The translations under genes and the position numbers were made by a program. The notes below the pieces were generated by a model. It saw only the letters and a list, made by a program, of their open reading frames with translations, did not search any database and was not told the origin of the DNA. Positions 13,668 through 25,628 of a stretch of 64,000 nucleotides of DNA are shown here, one piece after another. How positions within the stretch are numbered: the first letter of the stretch is position 1; every line of letters starts with the position of its first letter. Source of the DNA: Nageia nagi (lineage: Eukaryota > Plantae > Pinophyta); assembly GCA_050084985.1 (NCBI GenBank), contig JBITNC010000001.1, positions 156,736,001 through 156,800,000 on the forward strand, in the 5' to 3' direction.

Positions 13668-15925
13668 TGTTAAGCAAGGTGCAACAACATAGTTATCATT
13701 GTTGTCAACACTCATATTGGATGAGTTCAGTGGTGGTGCACATGTGTTCGGACAAGTTGGATAAGTGGTGGTCAGGTCAGCATGCTCATATTGATATCAG
13801 GATAGTATTTGTAGTGTTGGATCAGCATTTGGAGATGTCTAGAACATGGCTCCAGACAACTTTGTGAAACAATTTAACAGGTCTATTTTTTATGGGTTAG
13901 ATAAAAAAATAGCATTTAAGGCACTTTTGCAAGAGTTTGTTTGAGCAATCAAAGATGAATCAAGGGCTGAATTTTACTCAAGATGTAGTCCACAATATGG
14001 AAAATATGTGTTTCAAATTTCATATGAATCAGAGTTACAAGCTGGAAGTTATCACATCTGAAACATGGCTCCAGACAACTTTGTGTAGTAGTTTAACAAG
14101 TCTATTTTTTTGCATAAAGTCCTAGTCAGTGAGAAAAATGCAATATTTGTCTCTTTGTTGCACGGATTTATATTTTGTCAAATCCTACACCTTCAGGGAG
14201 GTGAAAGGAATAATTTTATCTTTTTGAGATTTTTCCATAAATGCCTCAAAATATGAGAATCTGTTATGTGCACAAAGCTAAGCATGTGAAGTGTTTGATG
14301 AAATGCCTATAAAATTAGCATAGGAGGCCACTTTGTCAAAAGTACAATGAGCAATCCAAGAGGAGTTAGGTGGTTAAATTGAACCCAATGGTTGTCAATA
14401 TGTTGAAGATCATATGTATGCAAAGTTGAAAGCCTCTCAGTGTTTGGTGTAAAAGTTATAACTATCTCAAAATGCTAATTTATCGTATTTTCTTGTTTTT
14501 CCCAAACTTTTAATGCAAATTGTTTGACAAAATGTCTGTAAATCTTTGTTTGAGGCTATTTTGCAAGAAGTACTATGTGCAATCCATGAGGAGTTAGTCG
14601 CTCAAATTTTATCTGGTTGTAGTCGATTGTGAGAAGAACATATGGTTCAAATTTCATGTTGAATGGAGTATCCATGAAGTTATGGCCACTCAAAAATGCC
14701 TTTGAAGCTTAGTTTTACTATTTTTTCCAGTTTTGGTATGCGAACTGTTTGACAATTTGTCTCTAAAAATTGTATGGGGTAATTTAATTAAATCATTAGC
14801 ACACATAAGCCCGTGATGTGTTTGAAAAAATTCCTCCATTTGTAATTGAGGTGGATTTGAGGATGCTTATGAATTGTTGAACAAAATGAAGACCTAGACA
14901 AAATGACATGTGGCATGTTTTTGTAATCTTGGGAAACCTAAATGGATGAGTTTTTAGTTACTCTGTCATGGATATTCATTGAAAACAAGAAAAGATTAAT
15001 GATTTGGTGAACAAAAAATTTTAATGAATCGAGTGGCAGTTACAAAAGAGTTTTTTCAGTTTTCTTTTGTGGGTGTCTTTGAAAAAAGTAGGTATTCTAT
15101 AGTGACATTTTTTTTTCAATTTCTCTTTTCTTGGTTTTTCAATTTTGAGAATGAAAAAATAAAATAGAAGAGGTGCATGATATGGTGAAATGGCTAAGTG
15201 AATGTGGAGTTTGTTTTGAGCTATAAGTTTTGGATACTGTGTGAAGAAGCTAGATTTACTGGATGTAGAAAAATTGCAAACATAGATATGTATGTGAATG
15301 ATATGGAAGAAAAGGGAGAGAACACAGCAGCAAGTAATGCTCAACTTGAAAGTAGATCATGATTAATTTATTTTGTACTGAGTTTGTGAACAAGCTGAAA
15401 ATTAGATTTGTGGATATTGTTTTGAGTTAATAGGGTTTGAAAGGATGATAGAGTTTTGATAAGTAAAGGGGCAACAATTGTAATTCAATTTTGTGAGTAA
15501 AGTATTTGATAGAAGGTGAGCAGAGAGAGTATTGAGCTAGACCATTCAGGGTATTTAGGAACTATGATCATTTTTCTTTTTACAGCTTTGAGATTTTTTT
15601 GAGTGGATGCTTAGCAATCAGAGTTGGTGCTCTAGGCAATAGGTGTTGTCGAATTGAGAGGTAGTCGATGCTATCCTTCACATTTGATGTTGTGAATTTG
15701 TAAGATCATCTTTATGGTTGGATTTGGATTGAAGTCCAAGCAGTCATTTCTAGGGATGTAGCCAAACTAGTGAACCTCGTTATATCTTGTGTTGTGTATT
15801 ATTTTTGATGTGCTTGCTCATTTGATTTTAGTTTTGCATCACCTTGATTTTAGAAGTTAAAAATTTGAGTTTAGTTTTTAGACACACTGATTCGCTCCCC
15901 TCTTAGTGTCACATGAAGTTCAACA
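13668..15925 (+). repeat. 3' LTR of the SIRE-like element
   Basis: Follows PPT 13656-13667; TGTTAAGCAAGG...GAAGTTCAACA. Confidence 0.93.
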
Positions 15926-16743
15926 CCTAATTATGAAGAGGGAGTTCCAATTTGATATCCTTAAGGCACTCAAATAAGCTTGGAGTGAGTTGCATCACTC
16001 CAAAGAGCAATGTGATCTCCCTATCTCCAAATCAATAGAGAATTTGAATTTATGTATGCCTAAATATGCAAGGTGCATATGCTTAGGTAAAGTTCAAACA
16101 AGATTAAGCAATGTGACCATAATTTGAATGGATCTAATCAACACTTTGAGCAATTAAACCACGATTTAGATTTCAAACTCTTATGGAAATTCAAACCCTA
16201 TTTCAAACAAAGATCCTTAAATATCCTTATATTCTAAATATCCGAACATGCCCACAAGACCTAAAGTGTATTTAAACCATAGATCTATAAATTTAATGGA
16301 CAATAATATAAATATATTAAATCTACGTGCAAATTACTATGGTTTTATCCTGGGAAATATACTACATGCATATAATTTAGTGGAGGATACAAAGGTTCAA
16401 GCTCTACACTAATTCCATGGTTGAAAGTGTGATAAGCCTTATTTTTGGCTCAATGGGATTTGGTGCAAATCCTTGAACTCTAACTCTAAACAATAGCAAA
16501 AGTCACCAAATATACCCTAGGAGAGGGATGTCTCAATCAAAAATGCTAGATCTTGACAATTATGATCAAAATAGTGCAAAGTCTCACTCTAAAATCAAGA
16601 TCTCAATGGGGAAAGCTAATGTCTAGCTTCCAAGAGCTCTAACACCAAGCAAATCCTAAAAAACACCCAACATATAGACTAGAATGCCCAAATTAAGTAA
16701 TTTGAATAATATAGCAAGAATACTCAATTACATGTGTATATCT

Positions 16744-17926
16744 TGTGAAGATGGTGTTTCTCTATGAAAAACTGATGCTCTAGGGCTCATACCCGCATAA
16801 GTGGCAAGGGTTGCACCAAGGCTTCCTCCTCCTCAACTATGGTGTACACTCAAAGTCCCACTAGTAGTATTCTAATAATCCAAGGGGAATGCCAACATCC
16901 CTTAAATAGCTAGTTGTAATCCTTGAGGTTCACTAACCCTTAAGAAAGCATTGCATAAGACTTGAAGCTATGCAGGACTTCAAACTCCTCACGCCACCAA
17001 CATGGATCTAGGAAGTGTGCTACCCACATCTAAGAGAAAAAGAAGAAGAATTCCAAATGTATGCCTTTGTATTCTTGGGATCATCCTTATATAGCAAGAG
17101 GTATCTTTATCTTCTAATCATGCATTGGGATTGATGTAATCTCATCCAACAATGTTCGAAGTTAATTCGTGTTCTCGCATAGCCTAATTCCAAGATTAAG
17201 GTGCCTCGAGATGGGAGTAATCACATCCAAGGGCCAAGAATGCCAACATTGGCTTATGGGAGTCCTCCAATGCTTTGTAGTAAGCGTTATTCTATATGAA
17301 TCATGTTGCTCTACCTCGACTAACTAAGAGGGGAGCTAAATAATAATTACTATCTATTAAATGTCAATTTACATTCATCAAGGCTTCTCATGTGCAATGT
17401 CCCAAACTGGGTGACTAATATTACATTTACATTTAATAACTACCTTGTTATCATCATTATATCATTTTTAGCATTAAAATATTAATTCTCCTAATTATGC
17501 CCAACATCTTGTAATTGAAATATTTATTTATTAAATAAAATATCCAAGTGGAACTTACACAAATAATAGGGCCATTAATTACAAACATTAAAATTGCTCC
17601 TAACTAGATATAAATCACACCTAAATTAATAGAATAATAATTACACATCCTTAGAGGAAGGATGTGACTTTTCTGGTGGTCAACTAAAAAGAGAATTCTA
17701 GATTCCCATGTGCATGTGAGATATTAAAAAACTAGCTAAATAGGTGAACTTCAAAATGCCATAACTCATTCGTTTCTTAATGAAACCTAGTTGTGTAACT
17801 TGTCAAAATGATTGGCACGAGGTCCTATTTCCATTCCAAGTAATGAAACTCATTTTTTAGCTTATAGAAGATGAAATATCCTTAAAACCAAAAATGAGTA
17901 GAACTTTATAAATTGGGGACATTACA
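16744..17926 (-). mobile_element. Probable Gypsy solo LTR
   Basis: Minus strand starts TGTAATGTCCCC, TATA-like CTATATAAGG ~17090, ends CCATCTTCACA; no clean TSD. Confidence 0.4.
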
Positions 17927-18466
17927 AAATATCCTTTAAACTTGCAATAACCTTGAGAACACACAAATTTAGTACAAATCCACCATGAGAATGTTACCAA
18001 TCATGCATGCAGTGAAGCTTGAAGAAGCTTGATGGAGAATTGTGGTAGAATTCTTCCCAAAATTGAGTGAAACCCTTGATTTCTTCCAAACCCTAACTTT
18101 CAAACCCTTGAGCAATCTTGGAGCATAATTTGAGAATAAAAATCATAAGTGAGCATGCGCAAAAATGAATTAGGAAAATTATTTCTAATTGTTCATTGTC
18201 ATGTATACTTCCACTTGTAACTTAAGTTAGGTATCTAAGAAAACACCTTTTTGCACTTTATTAGCTTTAAGTGATTTAATCTCTTTTTTGCCAACTAAAA
18301 TAAATTTTAGCTCTTTAGAATATTTTGATAATTGTTTTTGAACATTTTGACAACTTTTGTAATATTTTGATAATGGTGTTAGACCATGTAAGAAATAATA
18401 TTATGAATTAAACATGTACAATGCAAATAATCCATTTATTTTAAAAGTATTTTTTGGGTATCTACA
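17927..18466 (-). mobile_element. 5' part of an older Tat/Ogre-like LTR, probably continuing at 15926-16743 and left of 6145
   Basis: Minus-strand terminus TGTAGATACCC at 18466. Confidence 0.35.
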
Positions 18467-18479
18467 ATTATAGCCTTGG

Positions 18480-19480
18480 TTGTTTCTTCTTCCCTAACCA
18501 ACCATTCATTTAGGTCTCCAACCTTATTTAATCCTATATTGATCTATTTCTTACCACTTCTTATGCATGGAACATTAGGTGGGATAAACTGGGTTTCTTT
18601 CACAGTTGTATCTTCATCCAATTTCAAGTGATTCTCCCTTCTTCTTTGCATTAAGTTATGTTAGTGCACTCCTTTGACTTCTTTGTATTCTCATGTGTTT
18701 CAAAATTATTTGTAGCTTCCTTATTTTCAAGGTGTATCTTATTATCTACAATTAGTGGTTTTGGACTATTATCCATTTGTTGTTCTTCTTGTTCTTTGTT
18801 TTCATTTGTCCTACCTTCAGATGGAACTACTTCCCCTTCAATATTTGTTTGATCTTTGATAATGTTACCAATATTATGCTCTTCTTGCCTTTAATTTGGA
18901 TCCCCTTCTTTTCGAATAATGTTCGCCAAGGTCACCTTCATGGGGCATGATCGATCATTGTGTCCAACTTGGCCAAATTTAGAACATAAAACAATTGTTA
19001 TTATCATATCTTAATTCTTGAATATGTTCACTAAAATTAGATTTAAGCATAATTATCTTGGAAAATAACCCCAAATTCCACCATAAATTAGAATCTTGTC
19101 TCCATTAAATGATTTCACTTTAGTGATGTTAGCTTCCCAAAGGAACTCGCAATTCCTTCAAAAAAATTTCTTTAATGCCAAAATTTGAATGGTAGAGGCA
19201 AATAGGTGATCGAAATTGGTGCCTTAAGAATCTAGGCTTGTTAGATTGAATTTGGGCTACCACGTTTTCAAGAACGAGCCTCAATTCCCAAAGAACTAAG
19301 GTCCAAAACTTAGTACATAGTCTTAATCTTCTTTGATACTAAATGCAAACATTATGGAATAATTTGGCATAGTAATAATGTCCATGTTGCCCTTGATTGA
19401 TCATTTCAATTTTGCCCATTTCCAAATCAACTTTACATTTGGGTGAGCAGAGAGGATTCTTCCAACAAGGTTGTAACATC
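18480..19480 (-). pseudogene. LINE (L1-type) ORF1 remnant: DUF4283/RRM-like domain plus CCHC knuckle
   Basis: Manual translation LVGRILSAHPNVKLIWKWAKLK*SIKGNMDIITMPN..MFAFSIKED*DYVLSFGP*FFGN*GSFLKTW*PKFN, and CSKFGQVGHNDRSC at ~18945-18986. Confidence 0.85.
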
Positions 19481-19899
19481 CTTGTTTAGCCACATGATCA
19501 ATGATGGGTCATGGTAGTTTGAGGCATATCCTTTTCCCTATCTTTTCATATTCTACTAGACATTCATGATCGGTTGTAGCCTCTTACGAGAAGAGGCTAT
19601 GCCATAATCATGGAGGCTCTACTATTCTAGCTCATCTTTGTAAGCAATTCTGAATTACGCCTTCTCCACCTCCCTTTGTGTTTTAGGCCTTATTAGAGTT
19701 GCCTAATTTTTTGTTTATGTTACAGTAACATTATTTTCCTTTTTGTTCTTGGTTAGATAAGATTTTCTTAATATTGCTTGTATTGGTATTTCATATTTCA
19801 ATACTCTAGCATCAATGGGGTGTTTTTCTTTGAAATAATGATGCTTTTCAATGTACCAAATAATGCATGTGACCCTTCACATGCATAAGGCCTTATGTT

Positions 19900-20330
19900 T
19901 TTAAGAAAAGAACTTATCAAGATCTCATTGACATATCTATCCTCCATTTTTGTGGGAATATTTTGACATGTTTTCTTGAACCTTGGATTATACTTGTCTA
20001 ATTGTTCATTTGGCCCCTATTATATAGGATGTACATCTACAAGTGTTGATATATTTTAATATTATATTTGTAATGGTCTACAAAAGGCTTTGCAACTTCC
20101 TCATAGTTTTGAAGGGAATCTGATCATAGTTTATAGAACCATTATGATGCTTCTTTCTTAAAATCTCAAAAAAGAATCTATCCAACATCTTACTATCATT
20201 TTCAAACTTGATACTACACTCTTGAAATGTCAATAGTGTTGTCTAGGATCTCCTTCGCCATTGAACATATCAAATTCGAGTGAAAGGTGTATTTAGAATC
20301 TCTTAAGATAAAGGATTGTTAATAGGTCCA
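19900..20330 (-). pseudogene. Ty3/Gypsy (Tat/Ogre-like) gag remnant
   Basis: EFDMFNGEGDPRQHY...EAS*WFYKL*SDSLQNYEEVAKPFVDHY...GPNEQLDKYNPRF (Retrotrans_gag pattern). Confidence 0.75.
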
Positions 20331-22213
20331 TTGAATGAATAAGAAATCCAATCTTTTGTTAACAAACTCAATATCATAAATAGCATTTGTGCAAACTATT
20401 TTCATAATTTTGCCATTTTTGAATATGACTTATTTTGTTTATTTTGAGTAGACTTTTGCTATACTTCATATTTTGATTTTTTGGAACTACATTATCTTAA
20501 TTGAGAAATATATTAACCTCTTCAATCAAAACATTTTCATACAAGACTTTTTTTTATCATTTTTAGATTTTGTTAAAAAAAATTATTTTTTTAAAGGTGA
20601 AGGATAAGTCAAGGCTCAACTTGAAAACACATAGGTATATTCTAGGTTGGGTCTGTATACTATGTAACTCTCTAACATACTACTTAAATATTGTAAAATA
20701 ATATCTACTCCAATATTTCAAAGCACTAAGGATGCTTAGGACCATTCCTCTAACCATATTGATTCAATACGAGCACACAAGAGTGATCTCCTTGAAGGAA
20801 TGTTTCTAATGTACTACAACAATATATGGTCGACAACTCTCTACAATTAAAAAAGCCAACAAACAACTAGGAGTGTCCTTTATATCTTAAGGGTGTGTGA
20901 GGGCTCAAATTCATGAGTGGAGTCTATTTAACGACTTGCATATTGGTGTGGAGTTAAACACACATCATTCAACATACTACTTTATGGGAAAGTACGCTAA
21001 GCCATGAACGATAGATCTCCATAATAATTTAAGACCTTTGGCACAATGTCTTTAACCCACGCAAGATCTAGATAATGTTTAAAAGATACTCAATAGACAA
21101 GATCTATATCAAGTTTTTAAAAAGTAAAAGTTCACTTAAAATGTAGATCAAATAAAATGCAATCATATAATCTAATCCATAATTTATTTTTCTATCTACA
21201 AACAAAAAATAGATAAACAATGATATTTATGACAAGCATAATTAGATTTATGAAATAATCTTTAAGCAATCCTAGATCTAAGGTATAAGCTAATGATATC
21301 CAAATAACAATATTTATGTACATGGATTTGACATTACTAACCCCAAATGATGCTTCCAATCCTCTTTCAAATATAACCTGCCAAACTAGGGTTTTTGGAA
21401 GGAATTCACATTTGTCTTTGAAGTTTCAATGAACTAGGACCAATGTTGATGATGATCAAGCTTCTCTTCATTTGTTGGAGACAAAACTTGAGAGTTGAAA
21501 CAAAAGATGAATGAAAAATATGCACTTCATACTTAAATATGATGAATCATCAAAAGTTCTTAAATGAGTAGTAAAGTAGTGAACCAACTAAATAGAAAAG
21601 GGGTAGGAAAACTCTAATTTCCATGTTGCATGAGGCTTGAACCAAGAATCCAAACCTCTTGAGGATTGAAACATAGGAATCTAAGTCACATGAGGCATAA
21701 TTTCTAAAGAGCTTTAGACTTTTAGAAGCTACGAGAACCACAATGCAACCTTAGGCTGTCAAATAATGTTGATGCCTCAAGTTCGACCCAAATGCATTTG
21801 TAGTAGTATGAAATTGCATCTAATTGGATATAATGGTCTAGCAATGATGTCTTTTATAATTTTGTCTTATGTTGATAATCTTATAGAGATTAGATCATGT
21901 CCTTGTCAAGAGAAATGGTTAGAATAAAATGAATTGATCATGACCTTTTATATTAAAGCTTTTCAACATATCTTGACTATTATGATAATATTGGAATTTG
22001 AATTTACTTTATTATTATTTCCTTCCAAGTAGTTTGACTTTTCTAGACACCTAAATTCTTGCATCTAATTAAATTCAAAAACCAAATTTAAGTATCAACA
22101 AAGTAAATGTTTTTATAACCCATGCATTTAATTAAATTCAAAAACCAAATTTAAGTATGCTACTTAAAAGTTTTTATAACCCATAGATCAAAGTTTTAGA
22201 CAACTCAAGACAG

Positions 22214-23141
22214 CTTAAATATATGTTTTTACATGCTTGTATTTAAAAAAGTTTGAATAAAATATACCAATCTAGTAAATAGCTTCTACTGGAATATGTT
22301 CCACAATTTCAACATTTGTTTCTTAATCTTGTATTATATTACACTTGGAAGAATGTATACCTTTATGCAAGCATTGAATCAAAGCATTACATGATCAAAT
22401 CAAATGGATTGGCTAAACCTTGAACCCAAAACCTTTAACTTATTAATCTTTTCAGTTCAAGACTTAATTATATTTCTATTAAAGATAATATAAACTTAAT
22501 TACAATTTTCTCATGTCTATGAACAAAGTATTTAATACATATATTCTATAGAAAAAATTATTACTTTTCCTCACAACTTTTTTAAACATTTATCAATTGA
22601 AAAAGTTTTTTATTAACTGTCGTTTTTAAACACTTATCAATTGAGTAAGTTTTTTATTAACTATAGTTCTTTAAAATCGTTTTATATAATTTTAAAGTAA
22701 AATAACTAAAATATTTAAATAGTATAATCACATCATTGAGGCAAACTTTAATGGTATAGCTCTCATTCTCTAAATGCATGTCCACAAATCTAGCAACAAT
22801 AAAATCTACGATATTTATAACGGTTCTCCCATCATGCCATATCACTACAAATGGACCAGACTGACAATATAGAGAGAGCACTTCAAAAACATTTCCCTTC
22901 AAATGAAAGAAAGATTGAAAATGATTACCACACTAACAGTCTCTCCTGCATTGATTGTGCCTAAAATTATAACCAACAGAACAGAATTTCAGACAACTGG
23001 ATAAACCTTAAATATATGTTAGTCACATGCCTGTATTGGAAAGAGTTGAATAAAATATATGAATCTTCTAAATAGCTTGTACTGGAATAAGTTCCATAGT
23101 TTCAATATTTGTTTCTTAGTTTACATATTATATTACACTTG
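22214..23141. repeat. Dispersed ~134-bp direct repeat (22214-22347 and 23007-23141) downstream of the lipase stop codon
   Basis: CTTAAATATATG...GAATAAAATATA...AATAGCTT.TACTGGAATA...TATTACACTTG in both copies. Confidence 0.85.
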
Positions 23142-23245
23142 AAGGTCAAATATGACACCCACCTTTCTTCATCAGTAATTCACCTTCAAAGAATTAAAGA
23201 AATTTTACAATCTCCTTTACAGAATGGGGACTTGAAATGTCTTAT

Positions 23246-23456
23246 TTACAAAGCAGCACTTTGGGATACATTTGCCATTTGCAAGATATCCAAGGCTGAT
23301 GAATTCTCCTGTGAATCAATATCAATTGCCACTCGAACATCATTACTGTCATTCTTACCGACCTTGAAAACCCAATCACATGTTCCCCATGCATCTGATT
23401 GCATGCTTACACCATAGTAGTTTAGATGGTCTGTGATGCAGTTACCAGAAACTGAT
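23246..23456 (-). CDS. Terminal coding exon of a plant class-3 lipase (alpha/beta hydrolase), containing the catalytic His
   Basis: Acceptor TTTTGCAG; encodes (R)SVSGNCITDHLNYYGVSMQSDAWGTCDWVF...AAL*; phase matches the exon at 60091-60179; DHL.Y.G is the Lipase_3 His motif; not in the ORF track. Confidence 0.88.
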
Positions 23457-25099
23457 CTGCAAAAAGCATCCTCGGATTAGCTGATGACCGGTTAAACAAC
23501 TTCTATGCATTGATGACAATTACGAGCTTGTGATTCTAAACCAAGAGTTACAATTCTGGCATATCGGTTGTGATTCTAAACCAAGAGTTACAAATGATAA
23601 ATGTAAAGATTTAAGATCCAATAGCATTCATAACAAATTTTTCAATTGAAAAGAACACACAAATAAAATGAAATAATATATTGTCCAAAAGGTTTAAACC
23701 CGGTTAATAAACTGAAAAACATAGAACCATGTCAAACACTACATATAAGAAAGTTGTTAAATAATTTATCTGACATGCTACATCAAACTAAAGAAACTCA
23801 TTGAGAAAGAGTCAAGACACTTGACAAAATAAAGTGCTTCTCAATGCAAGAAAAAAGGTGGATGTTGCTGTTTTGTACTATGAAAAATCACTTCTGTGGG
23901 GATCCTTGAGCATGCACACTCTACTTTCAAAGCAGTTTTCCATGAGCTCTGACTACAAGTCCAAACATCGGTGTAGAATATTCAATAGAGCATGAACTGA
24001 CCTCAAATAAGATGGCCCATAAAACAAGTTGAAAAACTCAAATGTGATTTACAGGAAATTTCGAACTTTCATCCTTAAGAAGTAACATAAATACACATCA
24101 AACATGACTAGGAAAGACTCGGGGAATCAGACAGCTATTATGTTTCTTTATTTGCAAAAATAATCTTCTTAAATTCACCAGTACAATAAGTACAGAATTA
24201 AAAAAAAATCTCTGGCTATACAGCATTATACAGTCAGACAAAACATGGTGTGACCGTGGCCCACAAACAAGAACTACTAAGCATGCATTAATTATAATTA
24301 AGAAATGTCCGAATCTAAGATCAACAACATAACATCTCCAATCATAAGTGCAATTAATGTATACAAATGCAGCTAACAAGAGGGCAAAAAAAGGCATGTT
24401 AAACACCCCTATGTGTGGTTGTTAAAGGTAATCAAACAATGAAGGATCAGAGATGTGAATAACCAGACAGTTGCTCAGGTTAAACCACTCATCGGAGAGT
24501 TCATCATTCTGCTTCTTCGTATTTGTCTTAACCCCATGTTACAACAACTCTGGAGGAGTTAAATTAACTTCAGAATGTTTCTTCACCTCTGATCAACACT
24601 TTACTTGAAGATTGCCAAGGCCAAAGAAGGGTACTTGATACTACTCGACACTGATGGAACACCACCAACAGCATGCAGACATAGCAAGTGATTTAGATTG
24701 GTTTTACAACTTGTGCAAGGTGCCAGATGTATATTGAGATGGCCAGGAGATAGAGATCACCAGTGTGGGGCACTACGACTTATACAGCCTCTTTGAGTAG
24801 TGCTGCATGGAATACTCATGAGTAACCCTAATAATGGTTAACGAGGTGCTGTCCCAATGAATAATCATAATGCACAAATTTGCAACTTTCATTATCATTG
24901 TAATGGCCTTACACTATATCTGCATCTAAATTCGTTTAATGTACCTAATTTTGAGAGATCTTGTAAACGGGATAACTTTTGCCACAAGCCATGGATAGCC
25001 AATTTGTCTCCTGGAATGGATAGAGCATCTTGTGCCATTCGTTTTGACAGGTTATGCGATATGGTTTCATCAGGAAATGATACAAATATGAAATAAATC

Positions 25100-25628
25100 A
25101 TGACAGCAGCAATGATAAATGGTAAACCATAACAGCAACAATCATAATAAGTTTGTATTACAGCAGCAATCATTGTCCATAACAGCTGCAAGCATCTATA
25201 ATTATAAATTTATAACATTATAAATGTATATTCAATCCACTTAAACCATAAGTCCAAAACAATACTGTATAACAGCAGTACTGAGTAAGTTAAAGCTTAA
25301 TAAATATTAAAAAACCATAACAGCAGTAAGTTAATAAAGCATAACAGCAGCATTAATAACTAAATAGTAACTACTAAATACTGTCTTCAGTCCAATGCAT
25401 CATGTGGAAACTGGAAATAGAAGTGTGTCACTGCCTCCATAATCAGGTGTTGAACTATCATCTTATTCACTGCTATCAAAATGAAGATTTGGATCATCTA
25501 CAGCCACTCCAACCAAACTCAATGGCTCCTCATCTTCGTCAATTTGGTTGGCATCCTCAGGATTGACATCCCACATTGAAGCTGGAGATTCTTTATATTG
25601 TAGTTTGACTCTTTCTTGAAGGCGAAGG
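25100..25628 (-). mobile_element. 3' end of an old hAT transposon (transposase C-terminus plus subterminal repeats), cut by the LTR at 25629
   Basis: LRLQERVKLQYKESPASMWDVNPEDANQIDEDEE..., the region following the hATC motif; repeated ATAACAGCAG motifs 25100-25350; left boundary approximate. Confidence 0.6.

Larger units (their letters stand above)
6145..15925 (+). mobile_element. Full-length, decayed SIRE/Maximus-like Ty1/Copia LTR retrotransposon
   Basis: Two ~2.2-kb LTRs, PBS-Met, gag-pol, several purine tracts ending AAAGGGGAAGAT|TGT, TSD CATAA/CCTAA. Confidence 0.92.

Noticed and set aside
13490-15344. ORFs overlapping the SIRE 3' LTR as an env-like gene
   Set aside because: They lie mostly inside the LTR, are not preserved in the other LTR copy and have no recognisable motifs
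22945-23162. Possible 3'-UTR intron (AAG|GTGGGT donor, ATGCAG acceptor)
   Set aside because: Weak acceptor with no polypyrimidine tract; unsupported without transcripts
23109-23417. 102-aa plus-strand ORF
   Set aside because: Antisense shadow of the lipase terminal exon
24098-25191. Short intronic ORFs as extra exons or nested genes
   Set aside because: No recognisable domains, and the lipase peptide is already contiguous without them
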